This document shows, piece by piece, positions 16,434 to 24,764 of a DNA stretch of 28,358 nucleotides. The position numbers and the translations under genes are program-made. Within the stretch, counting starts at the first letter, position 1, and the number at the start of each line of letters is the position of its first letter. The stretch is from a virus. Lineage: Duplodnaviria; Caudoviricetes. Under the pieces are notes generated by a model, which saw only the letters and a list, made by a program, of their open reading frames with translations, was not told where the DNA came from and searched no databases. Location: positions 1 through 28,358 of IMG/VR virus record IMGVR_UViG_3300024235_000003; one strand, given 5' to 3'.

Positions 16434-18239
16434 TCATGCTACTACTTTAATTTTCTTGTATAAGTCGTAAGAGTCATGAAAATATGGATACTTATAGTAT
16501 GGTAATTTTATGTTTTGTGTTGTTATTGTTATGTCCTGTGGGTACACAGGATTCCAGATACACATGCTAAGACCAGGTGTTCTCTGTCCAGTGTCGTTCC
16601 GGACCGTGGTCATTTCATCTACTCCGGAGATGTCTAACAGTTTTGTACTCAGATTTGTTGTGTTTATATCTTGGCCTAAACCTACATTTTCATTTTGAAA
16701 ATAATCAATTATCGTCTTGGACACTTCCTCTACAATTGCATCATCGTCTCGGATTATACCAACTGATCTTTTGATTTCAAGTACTGTATTATCAATATAA
16801 TCTACAGATTCAACCTCTCCGGAGCTTCTAGTGGATAAATTGACTGCTACATACACTGGATCCATCAACACTGGTTGATGTGATACCATCTTGACTCTAT
16901 CCATAGTGTTGAGTATTATGTTCTTTTGCGAGTTACCAATGAAGCTTGCCATTGGCTCTATTGATGTGTTTTGCGCGATGTGTGGAACACAATATATATA
17001 GATATTATTGAATGTGTTGGTTGATGCTATGTCCAGGTGATTGTACATCACTCTACTCTCGACATTCGGATTGTTTATGCCTATATCTTCAACCATATAC
17101 CGAAAGTGACCATCGAGGTATCTGTCATTATCAACCACCACACTCGAGGTGACTATCCTCCCATAATTCTTACTAACAAACGTGTTGTAATCACTCAGTG
17201 TCACCAGTCGATCCCGACTAGTGAAATACACGGGAGCTTTTTCTTTGATCTCCTGTGTTGACTCACGTTGTTGTGGTGGTGTGGAGCTACTATCATTTGT
17301 CATGTACAACGTTTCTAGATTGTCATGTGTTATATATTTTATGTTTTGTGGTCTTACATGCTCTTTGATCTTACTGAACGTATTGGTACCATACATGTTC
17401 AATCGATTTTCATCTAAAAAATTTGGACCAACAACACCCTTTTCACCATCAGATTGTATATAGTATAATTGTACAGTGTCCCCACGATTTAATCTTCTAC
17501 CGGTTACCCCGTTTCCAAATTTAATTTCATACGAGAGGTCTTCATTTAAACGCTTCTCGAATACCGGATCGTTTGGACCGTGGAGAAAGAGTGAATTTGT
17601 CTCCTCATATTGTATGTATTGCTGTGTGTCTACATCCTTAACATATACGTCTACGTGGAAGTGATCGATATTTGTGCCCGGAGTGGATACTAATGTTATA
17701 GTCTCAAATGTACTACCAACTGATTCAATTGGATCTGATTCCACCCACTTACCTTGATATAGTAAATATGTTGACCCTATGAGGGCCAGTGGTTCGTCAA
17801 GTTGTGTGTTTTTTGTAAATGTTATATCCCTGTCAGTGGTGTAGGTTATACCATTGTTGTTGATGAACGAATATCTTGGTATTGTATAATTACCAGGTAT
17901 TAAATCTTCTGTCGCGAAGGTTTGGAACGTCAATGTGCTAGTTTGGTATCCTAATGGCTTGTAATTTAACAGTTTCACTATTCTGTTTACATTTTCATAT
18001 ATAGTGGACTGTGTGAAGACACTCTCACTAGATGTCCGGTTCAGATAAAATAACAATACATGATAACTGTAAGCTATAACATCTATAAATGATGATAAAT
18101 TACTCCCTTCGTATATTTGATCTGTGAATGTTGAGTTTTCATTTAGTCTCTCAATTATCAATGATTTTAAACTCTCTGCATCAAATGTAGTGTATGCAGT
18201 TTGTGGTAAGTTGTATTCTGTTATATCGTTTTCGCTCAT
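16434..18239 (-). CDS. gp6: Baseplate wedge subunit (T4 gp6-like)
   Basis: N-terminal FDAESLKSLII...FTDQIYEGSNLSSFIDVIAY...SE..F...ENVNRIVKLLNYKP, YEIKFGNGVTGRRL and ESTQEIKEKAP..F.SRDRLVT..DY are gp6-family motifs; adjacent to gp25. Confidence 0.9.
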   Translation of the reverse strand: MSENDITEYNLPQTAYTTFDAESLKSLIIERLNENSTFTDQIYEGSNLSSFIDVIAYSYHVLLFYLNRTSSESVFTQSTIYENVNRIVKLLNYKPLGYQTSTLTFQTFATEDLIPGNYTIPRYSFINNNGITYTTDRDITFTKNTQLDEPLALIGSTYLLYQGKWVESDPIESVGSTFETITLVSTPGTNIDHFHVDVYVKDVDTQQYIQYEETNSLFLHGPNDPVFEKRLNEDLSYEIKFGNGVTGRRLNRGDTVQLYYIQSDGEKGVVGPNFLDENRLNMYGTNTFSKIKEHVRPQNIKYITHDNLETLYMTNDSSSTPPQQRESTQEIKEKAPVYFTSRDRLVTLSDYNTFVSKNYGRIVTSSVVVDNDRYLDGHFRYMVEDIGINNPNVESRVMYNHLDIASTNTFNNIYIYCVPHIAQNTSIEPMASFIGNSQKNIILNTMDRVKMVSHQPVLMDPVYVAVNLSTRSSGEVESVDYIDNTVLEIKRSVGIIRDDDAIVEEVSKTIIDYFQNENVGLGQDINTTNLSTKLLDISGVDEMTTVRNDTGQRTPGLSMCIWNPVYPQDITITTQNIKLPYYKYPYFHDSYDLYKKIKVVA

Positions 18240-18240
18240 A

Positions 18241-18729
18241 TCATGTGTCTGTCAAAAAATCAAACCCGGGAGCGTTGAGAACCGCGGGTAACTCTCTAGA
18301 TATATTTAATTGTGGGATGGTGATAGCCAACTTGATTTGATACTGATTGTTGTCAGCATCTGCAACTACCGACACATTTTTCAAGTTCACTCTAGGCTCC
18401 CATTTGCTTAGACCATTAAATATTGCCTCTCCAATCTCCTGAGCTCGGAACTCTGATACTGGTTCAAACAACCATTGTGATAAATTCAAACCAAATGTCG
18501 GGTTGAGTATCTTCTCACCAGGGGAGGTGTTGAATATATTCTTTATACTATTCATTATAGCACTCTCATCAACTGAATGTCGAATGTCTGTTTTTGTCAC
18601 TTTACCATACAATGTCTTACTAATAGGAGTCTCGTCTTCAGTTACATCAAAATACACATCTTTATAAGACACTTCATTTCCAGCGGACTTGGACTTCACT
18701 TTATTTATTTGTGTTATGCTTATAGACAT
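18241..18729 (-). CDS. gp25: Baseplate wedge subunit gp25 (GPW/gp25 family)
   Basis: DESAIMNSIKNIFNTSPGEKILNPTFGLNLSQWLFEP...LSKWEPRVNL is a classical gp25 signature. Confidence 0.93.
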   Translation of the reverse strand: MSISITQINKVKSKSAGNEVSYKDVYFDVTEDETPISKTLYGKVTKTDIRHSVDESAIMNSIKNIFNTSPGEKILNPTFGLNLSQWLFEPVSEFRAQEIGEAIFNGLSKWEPRVNLKNVSVVADADNNQYQIKLAITIPQLNISRELPAVLNAPGFDFLTDT

Positions 18730-18736
18730 ACATATT

Positions 18737-18744
18737 TATTTATA
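18737..18744 (-). promoter_or_regulatory. T4-type late promoter (TATAAATA), 7 nt before gp25 ATG
   Basis: Perfect consensus on the minus strand: TATAAATA-aatatgt-ATG. Confidence 0.75.
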
Positions 18745-18782
18745 CCAGGAACATGAATACGCCTGGAAATTTCAGTGGTTGC

Positions 18783-18790
18783 AATAAATA
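18783..18790 (+). promoter_or_regulatory. Late promoter-like motif (AATAAATA), 6 nt before ATG 18797
   Basis: AATAAATA-attaaa-ATG, divergent from the gp25 promoter. Confidence 0.6.
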
Positions 18791-18796
18791 ATTAAA

Positions 18797-19378
18797 ATGA
18801 TTAGCAAATTCGACACAATTTTTGAAAGTAATTTTTCACGATTTCAAGGTGGTGGTTTTCTCACTGGAGATGTTATACGGCTTAAAGATGGTTGGCAATC
18901 TGATGATTGGACTAAAGCCGCACCGGAGCAGATGGTGGCTAAACTCAAAGAGTTGGACGGTTCTGATCTGTTGTTACGTGTGAGTAGTGTGAAGACTGTT
19001 CGACCGGCTGTCAATTCTAGTGTTGATCAAGCAGCGGGAGTTGAGGATTTTTATATAGACATAACACAAGAGACCGCACCAGGTCGATACACAGGTGATT
19101 TTGTCACACTACCTCAACAGTTGATAATGTTTGATGGTGAGCAGGATAAGCTACCTAGAATTCCTGATTCGCTTAGACGAGAAGAGGATGTGGATATAAA
19201 ACCTCGTGAGTTGACAGATGAAGATGTATCAACCGGTGAAGATGCCGACCCGGCCATGACTAACGCTGAGAAGCAAACTGGTAGTGATGACAAGGTCAAT
19301 AAGCGAATGACTGATAAGGATATTAAGCAACAAGGTGCCACCGCCGCAGATTCATATACTGCTCAATACATCTCTTAA
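18797..19378 (+). CDS. Hypothetical phage protein (193 aa), acidic C-terminal half, probably late-expressed
   Basis: Clean ORF filling the gap between gp25 and the clamp loader, preceded by a late promoter-like motif. N-terminal RFQGGGFLTGDVIRLK; no function recognised. Confidence 0.75.
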   Translation: MISKFDTIFESNFSRFQGGGFLTGDVIRLKDGWQSDDWTKAAPEQMVAKLKELDGSDLLLRVSSVKTVRPAVNSSVDQAAGVEDFYIDITQETAPGRYTGDFVTLPQQLIMFDGEQDKLPRIPDSLRREEDVDIKPRELTDEDVSTGEDADPAMTNAEKQTGSDDKVNKRMTDKDIKQQGATAADSYTAQYIS

Positions 19379-20301
19379 TCACTCAAAGTCAACAGACAGG
19401 TGTAGCAGTTGATTTCCGGATCTGCGACAAAAGCTGCACGATATATATACTCTGATACCTTGATCATCTGCTCAGCTTTCAGATCATCCTCAATCTCATT
19501 ACAATCATGTATGTAGTTAAACATTGATCTTAACAGCTCTGTATAATCACCGTTAAACACATGCTCGTTTTCGATCACCTTTTTCCTAGCCTTGATCGCA
19601 AGCCCACTGGAGATAATCTTATACAAACTCTCTACGAACACATCCTTAACTTTAATCAGATTATCAAATATTATGGTACCATCAATTACGTTCTTTTGTA
19701 TCTCATTTATACATTTACGCAAGTCTGGATATGTGGTCTTTATGAATGGGAGCAATCGAGACCTTTCATCTTCACTGATATCAACACCCTCACATTCCAA
19801 TATATAGTTCACCCGATCGTAACACATTTCTAATGGTGGTGTGAGATCGAAGGATTGACATCGACTTTGTAGTGGTGGTATTATGCGGTGATTATAATTT
19901 GCTGTTAATATGAATCTAGTGAGCTGTGAGTGTTCCTCCATTGTGTTTCTCAGAGCACGTTGGGCATCCAGGCTTAAGCCATCAGTTTCATCAAGTATTA
20001 TACACTTCACATTACCATCAAAACTTTTTGTTCGAGCAAAATTCGTAACTTTGGTCCGGATTGTGTCAATGCCATTCTCATCACTGGCGTTTATGTACAA
20101 ATATTGACAATTCAACACAGATTTACATAATATCTTGGCTAGACTGGTTTTCCCAATTCCGGCGCAGCCAGTGAACAGCAAGTTAGGTATCTCTTTGTCT
20201 TTTTGAAACTTTTCAAAGATACACCGGTTTGGTGCACTCAACACGATCGTGTCTAGCGTGTGTGGTCGATATTTTTCAACCCACAGGTTGTTGAAGTTCA
20301 T
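19375..20301 (-). CDS. gp44: Sliding-clamp loader AAA+ subunit (T4 gp44 / RFC small subunit-like)
   Basis: LWVEKYRP, Walker A GCAGIGKTS, INASDENGID, Walker B IILDETD, AQRALR and the SRC motif LQSRC. Confidence 0.95.
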   Translation of the reverse strand: MNFNNLWVEKYRPHTLDTIVLSAPNRCIFEKFQKDKEIPNLLFTGCAGIGKTSLAKILCKSVLNCQYLYINASDENGIDTIRTKVTNFARTKSFDGNVKCIILDETDGLSLDAQRALRNTMEEHSQLTRFILTANYNHRIIPPLQSRCQSFDLTPPLEMCYDRVNYILECEGVDISEDERSRLLPFIKTTYPDLRKCINEIQKNVIDGTIIFDNLIKVKDVFVESLYKIISSGLAIKARKKVIENEHVFNGDYTELLRSMFNYIHDCNEIEDDLKAEQMIKVSEYIYRAAFVADPEINCYTCLLTLSD

Positions 20302-20777
20302 TATACTTTAAACTGAAATGGTGGGCGTGTTATGTCAGATGAGCCGAACCCCTTGTCTCCACGCTCCGTTACAGACACATCATCTGTGAATGTGAATGTC
20401 GATTGATTCAGCTGATATACTACTAATTGTGCTATCCGGTCTCCTGCATTCACCTGATAATCATCAGTTGAACTGAAATTATACAATTTCACACCTAAAT
20501 CCCCACGATATCCGTTGTCAATTACACCTAAATGTGGTTGTATGTTGTGCTTGAACCCTAATCCACTTCTAGGTTCTATCCTTAGCCAATAACCTGGGGT
20601 GATATCCGCTAGAGTCAATCCCACTGGTACAATCGAGCTACCAGATGCGGGTATTATCACATTTTCAACAGATACGAGATCGTAACCGGAATCACCTACA
20701 CCTACCTCTTTGTTATTGGCTTGTGGGAGACAAGCAGCCGGGTGGGTTTTCTTGACTTTTATTTGTAAATTACCCAT
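20301..20777 (-). CDS. dut: Trimeric dUTPase
   Basis: All five motifs present: DSGYDL, PRSGLG, GVIDNGYRG, GDRIAQL, RGDKGFGSS. Confidence 0.97.
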   Translation of the reverse strand: MGNLQIKVKKTHPAACLPQANNKEVGVGDSGYDLVSVENVIIPASGSSIVPVGLTLADITPGYWLRIEPRSGLGFKHNIQPHLGVIDNGYRGDLGVKLYNFSSTDDYQVNAGDRIAQLVVYQLNQSTFTFTDDVSVTERGDKGFGSSDITRPPFQFKV

Positions 20778-20919
20778 TTAACAACGTCTCACCGTCCTTC
20801 AACGGGCGGACTTTGGCTTCCACCGGCATTGAGTTATTTTGTAACCAACCCAACAGTTCATTCAACTTACTGGAGTGTATAACATATTCTCCATGTCCTT
20901 GTACTTTAATCGTTACCAT
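20770..20919 (-). CDS. Small hypothetical protein (49 aa), first gene of the dut-gp44 operon; absent from ORF track
   Basis: MVTIKVQGHGEYVIHSSKLNELLGWLQNNSMPVEAKVRPLKDGETLLNG*. Starts 5 nt after a TATAAT box and overlaps the dut start by 8 nt. Confidence 0.7.
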   Translation of the reverse strand: MVTIKVQGHGEYVIHSSKLNELLGWLQNNSMPVEAKVRPLKDGETLLNG

Positions 20920-20924
20920 ACCTT

Positions 20925-20953
20925 ATTATAACATGCCATTATATATTTTTCAA
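20925..20953 (-). promoter_or_regulatory. Sigma70-type early/middle promoter TTGAAA-N17-TATAAT with extended -10 TG
   Basis: Minus strand reads TTGAAA aatatataatggcatgt TATAAT aaggt ATG. Confidence 0.75.
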
Positions 20954-20961
20954 CTATAATG

Positions 20962-20969
20962 TATAAATA
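20962..20969 (+). promoter_or_regulatory. T4-type late promoter (TATAAATA), 5 nt before ATG 20975
   Basis: Perfect consensus: TATAAATA-tatgt-ATG. Confidence 0.75.
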
Positions 20970-20974
20970 TATGT

Positions 20975-21457
20975 ATGGTAGATGTCCCAGATCCGGATAA
21001 TAATTCAAACGGTGTTAAAAGTTTGATTGAACAATTAAATCAAGGAGTGGAGTTGAGCAAACAGATTGACACACCAGAGTTCGAACTGGCTAAAGAGGAC
21101 TTAGAGCAATTTGTGTTAAACAACACAGGTAGACTCATAAAAGATAGCATGGAGACAATTGATAGTATAAAGCAATATATAATAAGTGCCCCGGAACCAG
21201 AGGATGTTCACTCTCTAGCAGAATTATACAAGGCTAGCACGAGTGCTATCGATACACTCAATAAAATATTACTACAACAAAACAAAAGTGACACTCAAAT
21301 AGCAGTGAAGACCATGGATATTCAAGCGAAAAAAGCTTTATTAGAGGATAAGGAAAACCGCAACAGTTTCACAAGGGAAGAGGTGATGATTCAGTTGATG
21401 AACTCTGGAAAGTTGATAGATGCAGAAGTGGCTGATACAGATGACACTGTCAAATAG
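20975..21457 (+). CDS. Helical late protein, possibly terminase small subunit (T4 gp16-like)
   Basis: 160 aa, predicted helical. LIKDSMETIDSIKQYIISAPEPEDVHSLAELYKASTSAIDTLNKI resembles the gp16 helix-turn-helix oligomerisation core in size and pattern; late promoter upstream. Similarity judged by eye only. Confidence 0.45.
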   Translation: MVDVPDPDNNSNGVKSLIEQLNQGVELSKQIDTPEFELAKEDLEQFVLNNTGRLIKDSMETIDSIKQYIISAPEPEDVHSLAELYKASTSAIDTLNKILLQQNKSDTQIAVKTMDIQAKKALLEDKENRNSFTREEVMIQLMNSGKLIDAEVADTDDTVK

Positions 21458-22724
21458 ATGTTAACTTTTTCCGGTTTGTCTGTTGTGTGTTGTATGTCGT
21501 GTATTTACCGTATCTAGAGGTGGGTACTGTCTCGGTATCATCACGCACATAAGATTTTATCTTATTTTTCAACAAATCAACTGCAACAGTAAAATTTTCC
21601 ACCTTGCATAAGATTTGCTTGGGCTTACCGGCGGTCATCAGGTTATCTCTATTGCTGATCAGATCCAACACCTCATACAATCCTTTGAGATGTTGTTGTA
21701 GTACTAGTTGAATATGTTCTATGGAGCTGAACATACGTGTGGTATGTTGAAAATCACTCACAAAATTATTTCCATGGCTTTGAGTTGAAAAAGCTGGCAT
21801 TGGACCGGTGATAACTTGATCTTGACTAGCATCTTCCATCATTTGACACACATTCTCCCGGAACACACTATTTGTATTTTTAGATAACTGTGTACCGAAC
21901 GCGATTGATTCATCTCTCATACTATATCTAGCCACACTCGGAACGGTTGACGGTATCGAGTAACTGTTACCATATGCTGCCACTGCAGTGTCCCATACTG
22001 GCAGGGTGGATGTGTTCCATACATCTGTTAAATTCTTTAACTGTCCTACAGATTCACTGAAATTGACAAAATACTCATTATCATCACCTAACAATTGCTT
22101 CAACTCAGTTTTGACCACCTCATGTGATGTTCGGAACTTCTCGATCCACCACATTTTATGCCACACCCCCATCTCACTAATACCATATGCTGATTCAAAC
22201 TCCAATGGAGATTTCTGTACTTCTAGTGGTTTTGATACATCTACCTTACGTGTCTCTGTTACACTCTCTGTCTTCCATTCACCAGTCGCTTGTGAGTCAT
22301 TGTCATCAAAACCTCCGGTGGTTTCCCATGTTCGTATTCTTCGGTTGGCGGTAACATCAACTTTATCCCCACTCACTGTCACTTTATCATATTTGTTACC
22401 GCTAGGAGTTTTAATATGTAGTGTTGATGGTAATTGATCCCGGTAATTTTTATTTTCCATTTCATCTGTGGTGGTATATTGCTTAACCACCCCATCAGTA
22501 TTATCTTTCAGTTGTAATGACTTATTGTTTAAATCTTTGAACATGTTTATCTTACTTGTCACGGGATCGCTATGTGCATTTGTGTGCCAATACATACTAT
22601 TTGTAGCGCATTCATTTGTAAATGTGATTAATATATCAACATAATCAGTCATGTGTAATTGAAAATCAGATGATGTTATTATGTTAGAATCTACGTAAAA
22701 TGGATCTATTTTTTGTGTTGCCAT
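21450..22724 (-). CDS. Hypothetical protein (424 aa), last gene of the hub operon
   Basis: Long ORF starting 4 nt after the stop of the 550-aa gene; no motif recognised. Confidence 0.75.
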   Translation of the reverse strand: MATQKIDPFYVDSNIITSSDFQLHMTDYVDILITFTNECATNSMYWHTNAHSDPVTSKINMFKDLNNKSLQLKDNTDGVVKQYTTTDEMENKNYRDQLPSTLHIKTPSGNKYDKVTVSGDKVDVTANRRIRTWETTGGFDDNDSQATGEWKTESVTETRKVDVSKPLEVQKSPLEFESAYGISEMGVWHKMWWIEKFRTSHEVVKTELKQLLGDDNEYFVNFSESVGQLKNLTDVWNTSTLPVWDTAVAAYGNSYSIPSTVPSVARYSMRDESIAFGTQLSKNTNSVFRENVCQMMEDASQDQVITGPMPAFSTQSHGNNFVSDFQHTTRMFSSIEHIQLVLQQHLKGLYEVLDLISNRDNLMTAGKPKQILCKVENFTVAVDLLKNKIKSYVRDDTETVPTSRYGKYTTYNTQQTNRKKLTSI

Positions 22725-22728
22725 GTTG

Positions 22729-24381
22729 TTATTTGTTTAGCTGTTCGGTGTTTTTATAAAATATATCTGTAGTATTGAAGTTATTGGACCGGAAGAGAAA
22801 CGGTTTGACACCAATTATCGAGTTTGTGTAACCAGTCGCGGTTATTGTGTGTGTTACTCTGGTCGTGAAATATTGTCCTAACAACTTGTTGTCATATTTA
22901 TTATCAACATACATGTTGTCTCGGTCCAAAGCGAACCACACGCCAGATCTACGGGAACTTGCACCAGTGGAGGTAAATTGTATGCTGTTGCCAAGTAGGA
23001 ATGCTGCTAGTAATTTTTTATTACGACCTTGAGCTAGGTTTAGCTGTGAGTTCGGTGTCCAACTAGATTTCACAGATATATTGAAATTCTCTTCCCTGGA
23101 TTTGTCGGATATCCATGCAGTGACTCCATGACCACTCTCACCACCGTACGTCTTGTTCACGAACATACTTTGGAATTCCTGTTGTACATTTTGTATGTTA
23201 CCATCAGTTATGTTTATGTTGAATGTCTTGGATCTCTCAGAGTATGAATGCACCACCACACTGTTTAGTATCTCCTGACAGTCAACACCATTCATTTCTG
23301 AAAAAACATAATCATCAACAATTGATATGTCTGGATAGTGGTAATTTATCATGGCATTTGACTTGTCCCGACCAAATGTTTTCCGGGGTGGTGGTATGAT
23401 AGTATCGGTGGATTCCGATTCAGATTCAGCTGCTAACAAGAAGAATTCTGATTGATATGGACCTGGACCTTTGTTGGAGTTAGATCGCTCAAAGTATTCT
23501 TGTATTGGTAGCAACTCCCACCTATCGGTGTATCGTTGCAATTTTAACACACATGGTTGAAATTGACTATTACTGGAGCTAACATGCCGGTTCAACACAT
23601 AGTTTATATCATCGATAGCTTTATACTCTGCTGGTGATGTATATAGCATTTCATTCTCTCCAAATTCCCATTGTCGTGAAAATAGATTGGATACATCAGT
23701 TTTGAGCAATGCACTTGATAATAAATCTTGTATTATTTCTCCAGTGTTTTTAGAACGGTTCGTGTCACCAGTTTGGGTCACACTTTGGTTATATTGTAAC
23801 TGGTCTCCGAGTTGGTCTACGTTTTTCGCGGTGCTGTAATATGTATTTTTTTCTCTTAATATCTGTGCACGGTAATCATGAAAATATATCTTTTGCTTCT
23901 TGTCTTTAGAGCCGGAATCGGATATCACATCTTCTACTGCATATATTGAGAATAAAAATTTCATTGTATGTACAACACTATTAACGTCACTAGTGGGTGC
24001 ATCACTCTCTGTAGTGTCTATATGTGGTTCCATACGTATATACAGAAAATCTCTCGCGTCACCTCTTATGGTGTATGGTGATATGTCAACTTTCCCACCC
24101 TGTATGGTATCATTAACGTGTTGACTTGTAACGCGTTCCATTATGTCATGTGGATTGGTGAATGTCATGTTACCGGTGTGGAACCAGTCGAGTATATCAT
24201 CAACTATAACGAGTTCATCAATAGCACCCTTACGTATCTTGACCCCCTCACCATCCGGATTGAGCAAGTACGCACCAAACTTGAACCGCCGGTGGTCAAA
24301 TTGTTCAATACAATTCGGATTGTCCTCATCCAACCTCAAAACCTTGATTACATTCTCAAAAAACTTGATCGTGGGTGTCAT
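22729..24381 (-). CDS. Probable baseplate hub / tail protein (gp27-like position and size)
   Basis: Follows the gp53-like gene with a TAATG overlap. N-terminal IDELVIVDDILDWFHTGNMTF and C-terminal G.SSRRSG.W...LLGQYFTTRVTHTI resemble hub-family beta-barrel patterns. Confidence 0.5.
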   Translation of the reverse strand: MTPTIKFFENVIKVLRLDEDNPNCIEQFDHRRFKFGAYLLNPDGEGVKIRKGAIDELVIVDDILDWFHTGNMTFTNPHDIMERVTSQHVNDTIQGGKVDISPYTIRGDARDFLYIRMEPHIDTTESDAPTSDVNSVVHTMKFLFSIYAVEDVISDSGSKDKKQKIYFHDYRAQILREKNTYYSTAKNVDQLGDQLQYNQSVTQTGDTNRSKNTGEIIQDLLSSALLKTDVSNLFSRQWEFGENEMLYTSPAEYKAIDDINYVLNRHVSSSNSQFQPCVLKLQRYTDRWELLPIQEYFERSNSNKGPGPYQSEFFLLAAESESESTDTIIPPPRKTFGRDKSNAMINYHYPDISIVDDYVFSEMNGVDCQEILNSVVVHSYSERSKTFNINITDGNIQNVQQEFQSMFVNKTYGGESGHGVTAWISDKSREENFNISVKSSWTPNSQLNLAQGRNKKLLAAFLLGNSIQFTSTGASSRRSGVWFALDRDNMYVDNKYDNKLLGQYFTTRVTHTITATGYTNSIIGVKPFLFRSNNFNTTDIFYKNTEQLNK

Positions 24382-24764
24382 TAGATTTTTTGCTTGATCT
24401 CATCAATTATTATCCGTATAACTTCCGGTTTTGGTATCATTAATTTAGTACCTCCATTGATCTCACTAAATGTATCGTCAATTTGATTCATTGCTGCGAT
24501 AATCCACCATAAATCAATTCGTTTATAGTTTGTGTATGAGATGTTGGTCCATGTTTCACCCTGTTTGGTGTAATATGTGAAATATGCACCTGGTGTCACA
24601 CGTTCAGGGAAATTCACAGTGTTGAGTATGTTATAATAGAAATGTTTGGCGCCATGTTGCTTATATACATCAAATACACGCTCGAGTTTAAATTCATCTT
24701 GCGCGTTGAGATTTAACAATGTTTGCACCTCAAATTTATTATATGATGTCGGTTCTTGTGTCAT
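24381..24764 (-). CDS. gp53: Baseplate wedge subunit, T4 gp53-like (LysM-like fold)
   Basis: YYTKQGETWTNISYTNYKRIDLWWIIAAMNQIDD...GTKLMIP matches the gp53/LysM-type pattern. Confidence 0.75.
   Translation of the reverse strand: MTQEPTSYNKFEVQTLLNLNAQDEFKLERVFDVYKQHGAKHFYYNILNTVNFPERVTPGAYFTYYTKQGETWTNISYTNYKRIDLWWIIAAMNQIDDTFSEINGGTKLMIPKPEVIRIIIDEIKQKI

Noticed and set aside
18745-18766. CCAGG...CCTGG inverted repeat between the divergent late promoters
   Set aside because: Only a 5-bp stem with a 12-nt loop and no U-tract; within chance expectation.
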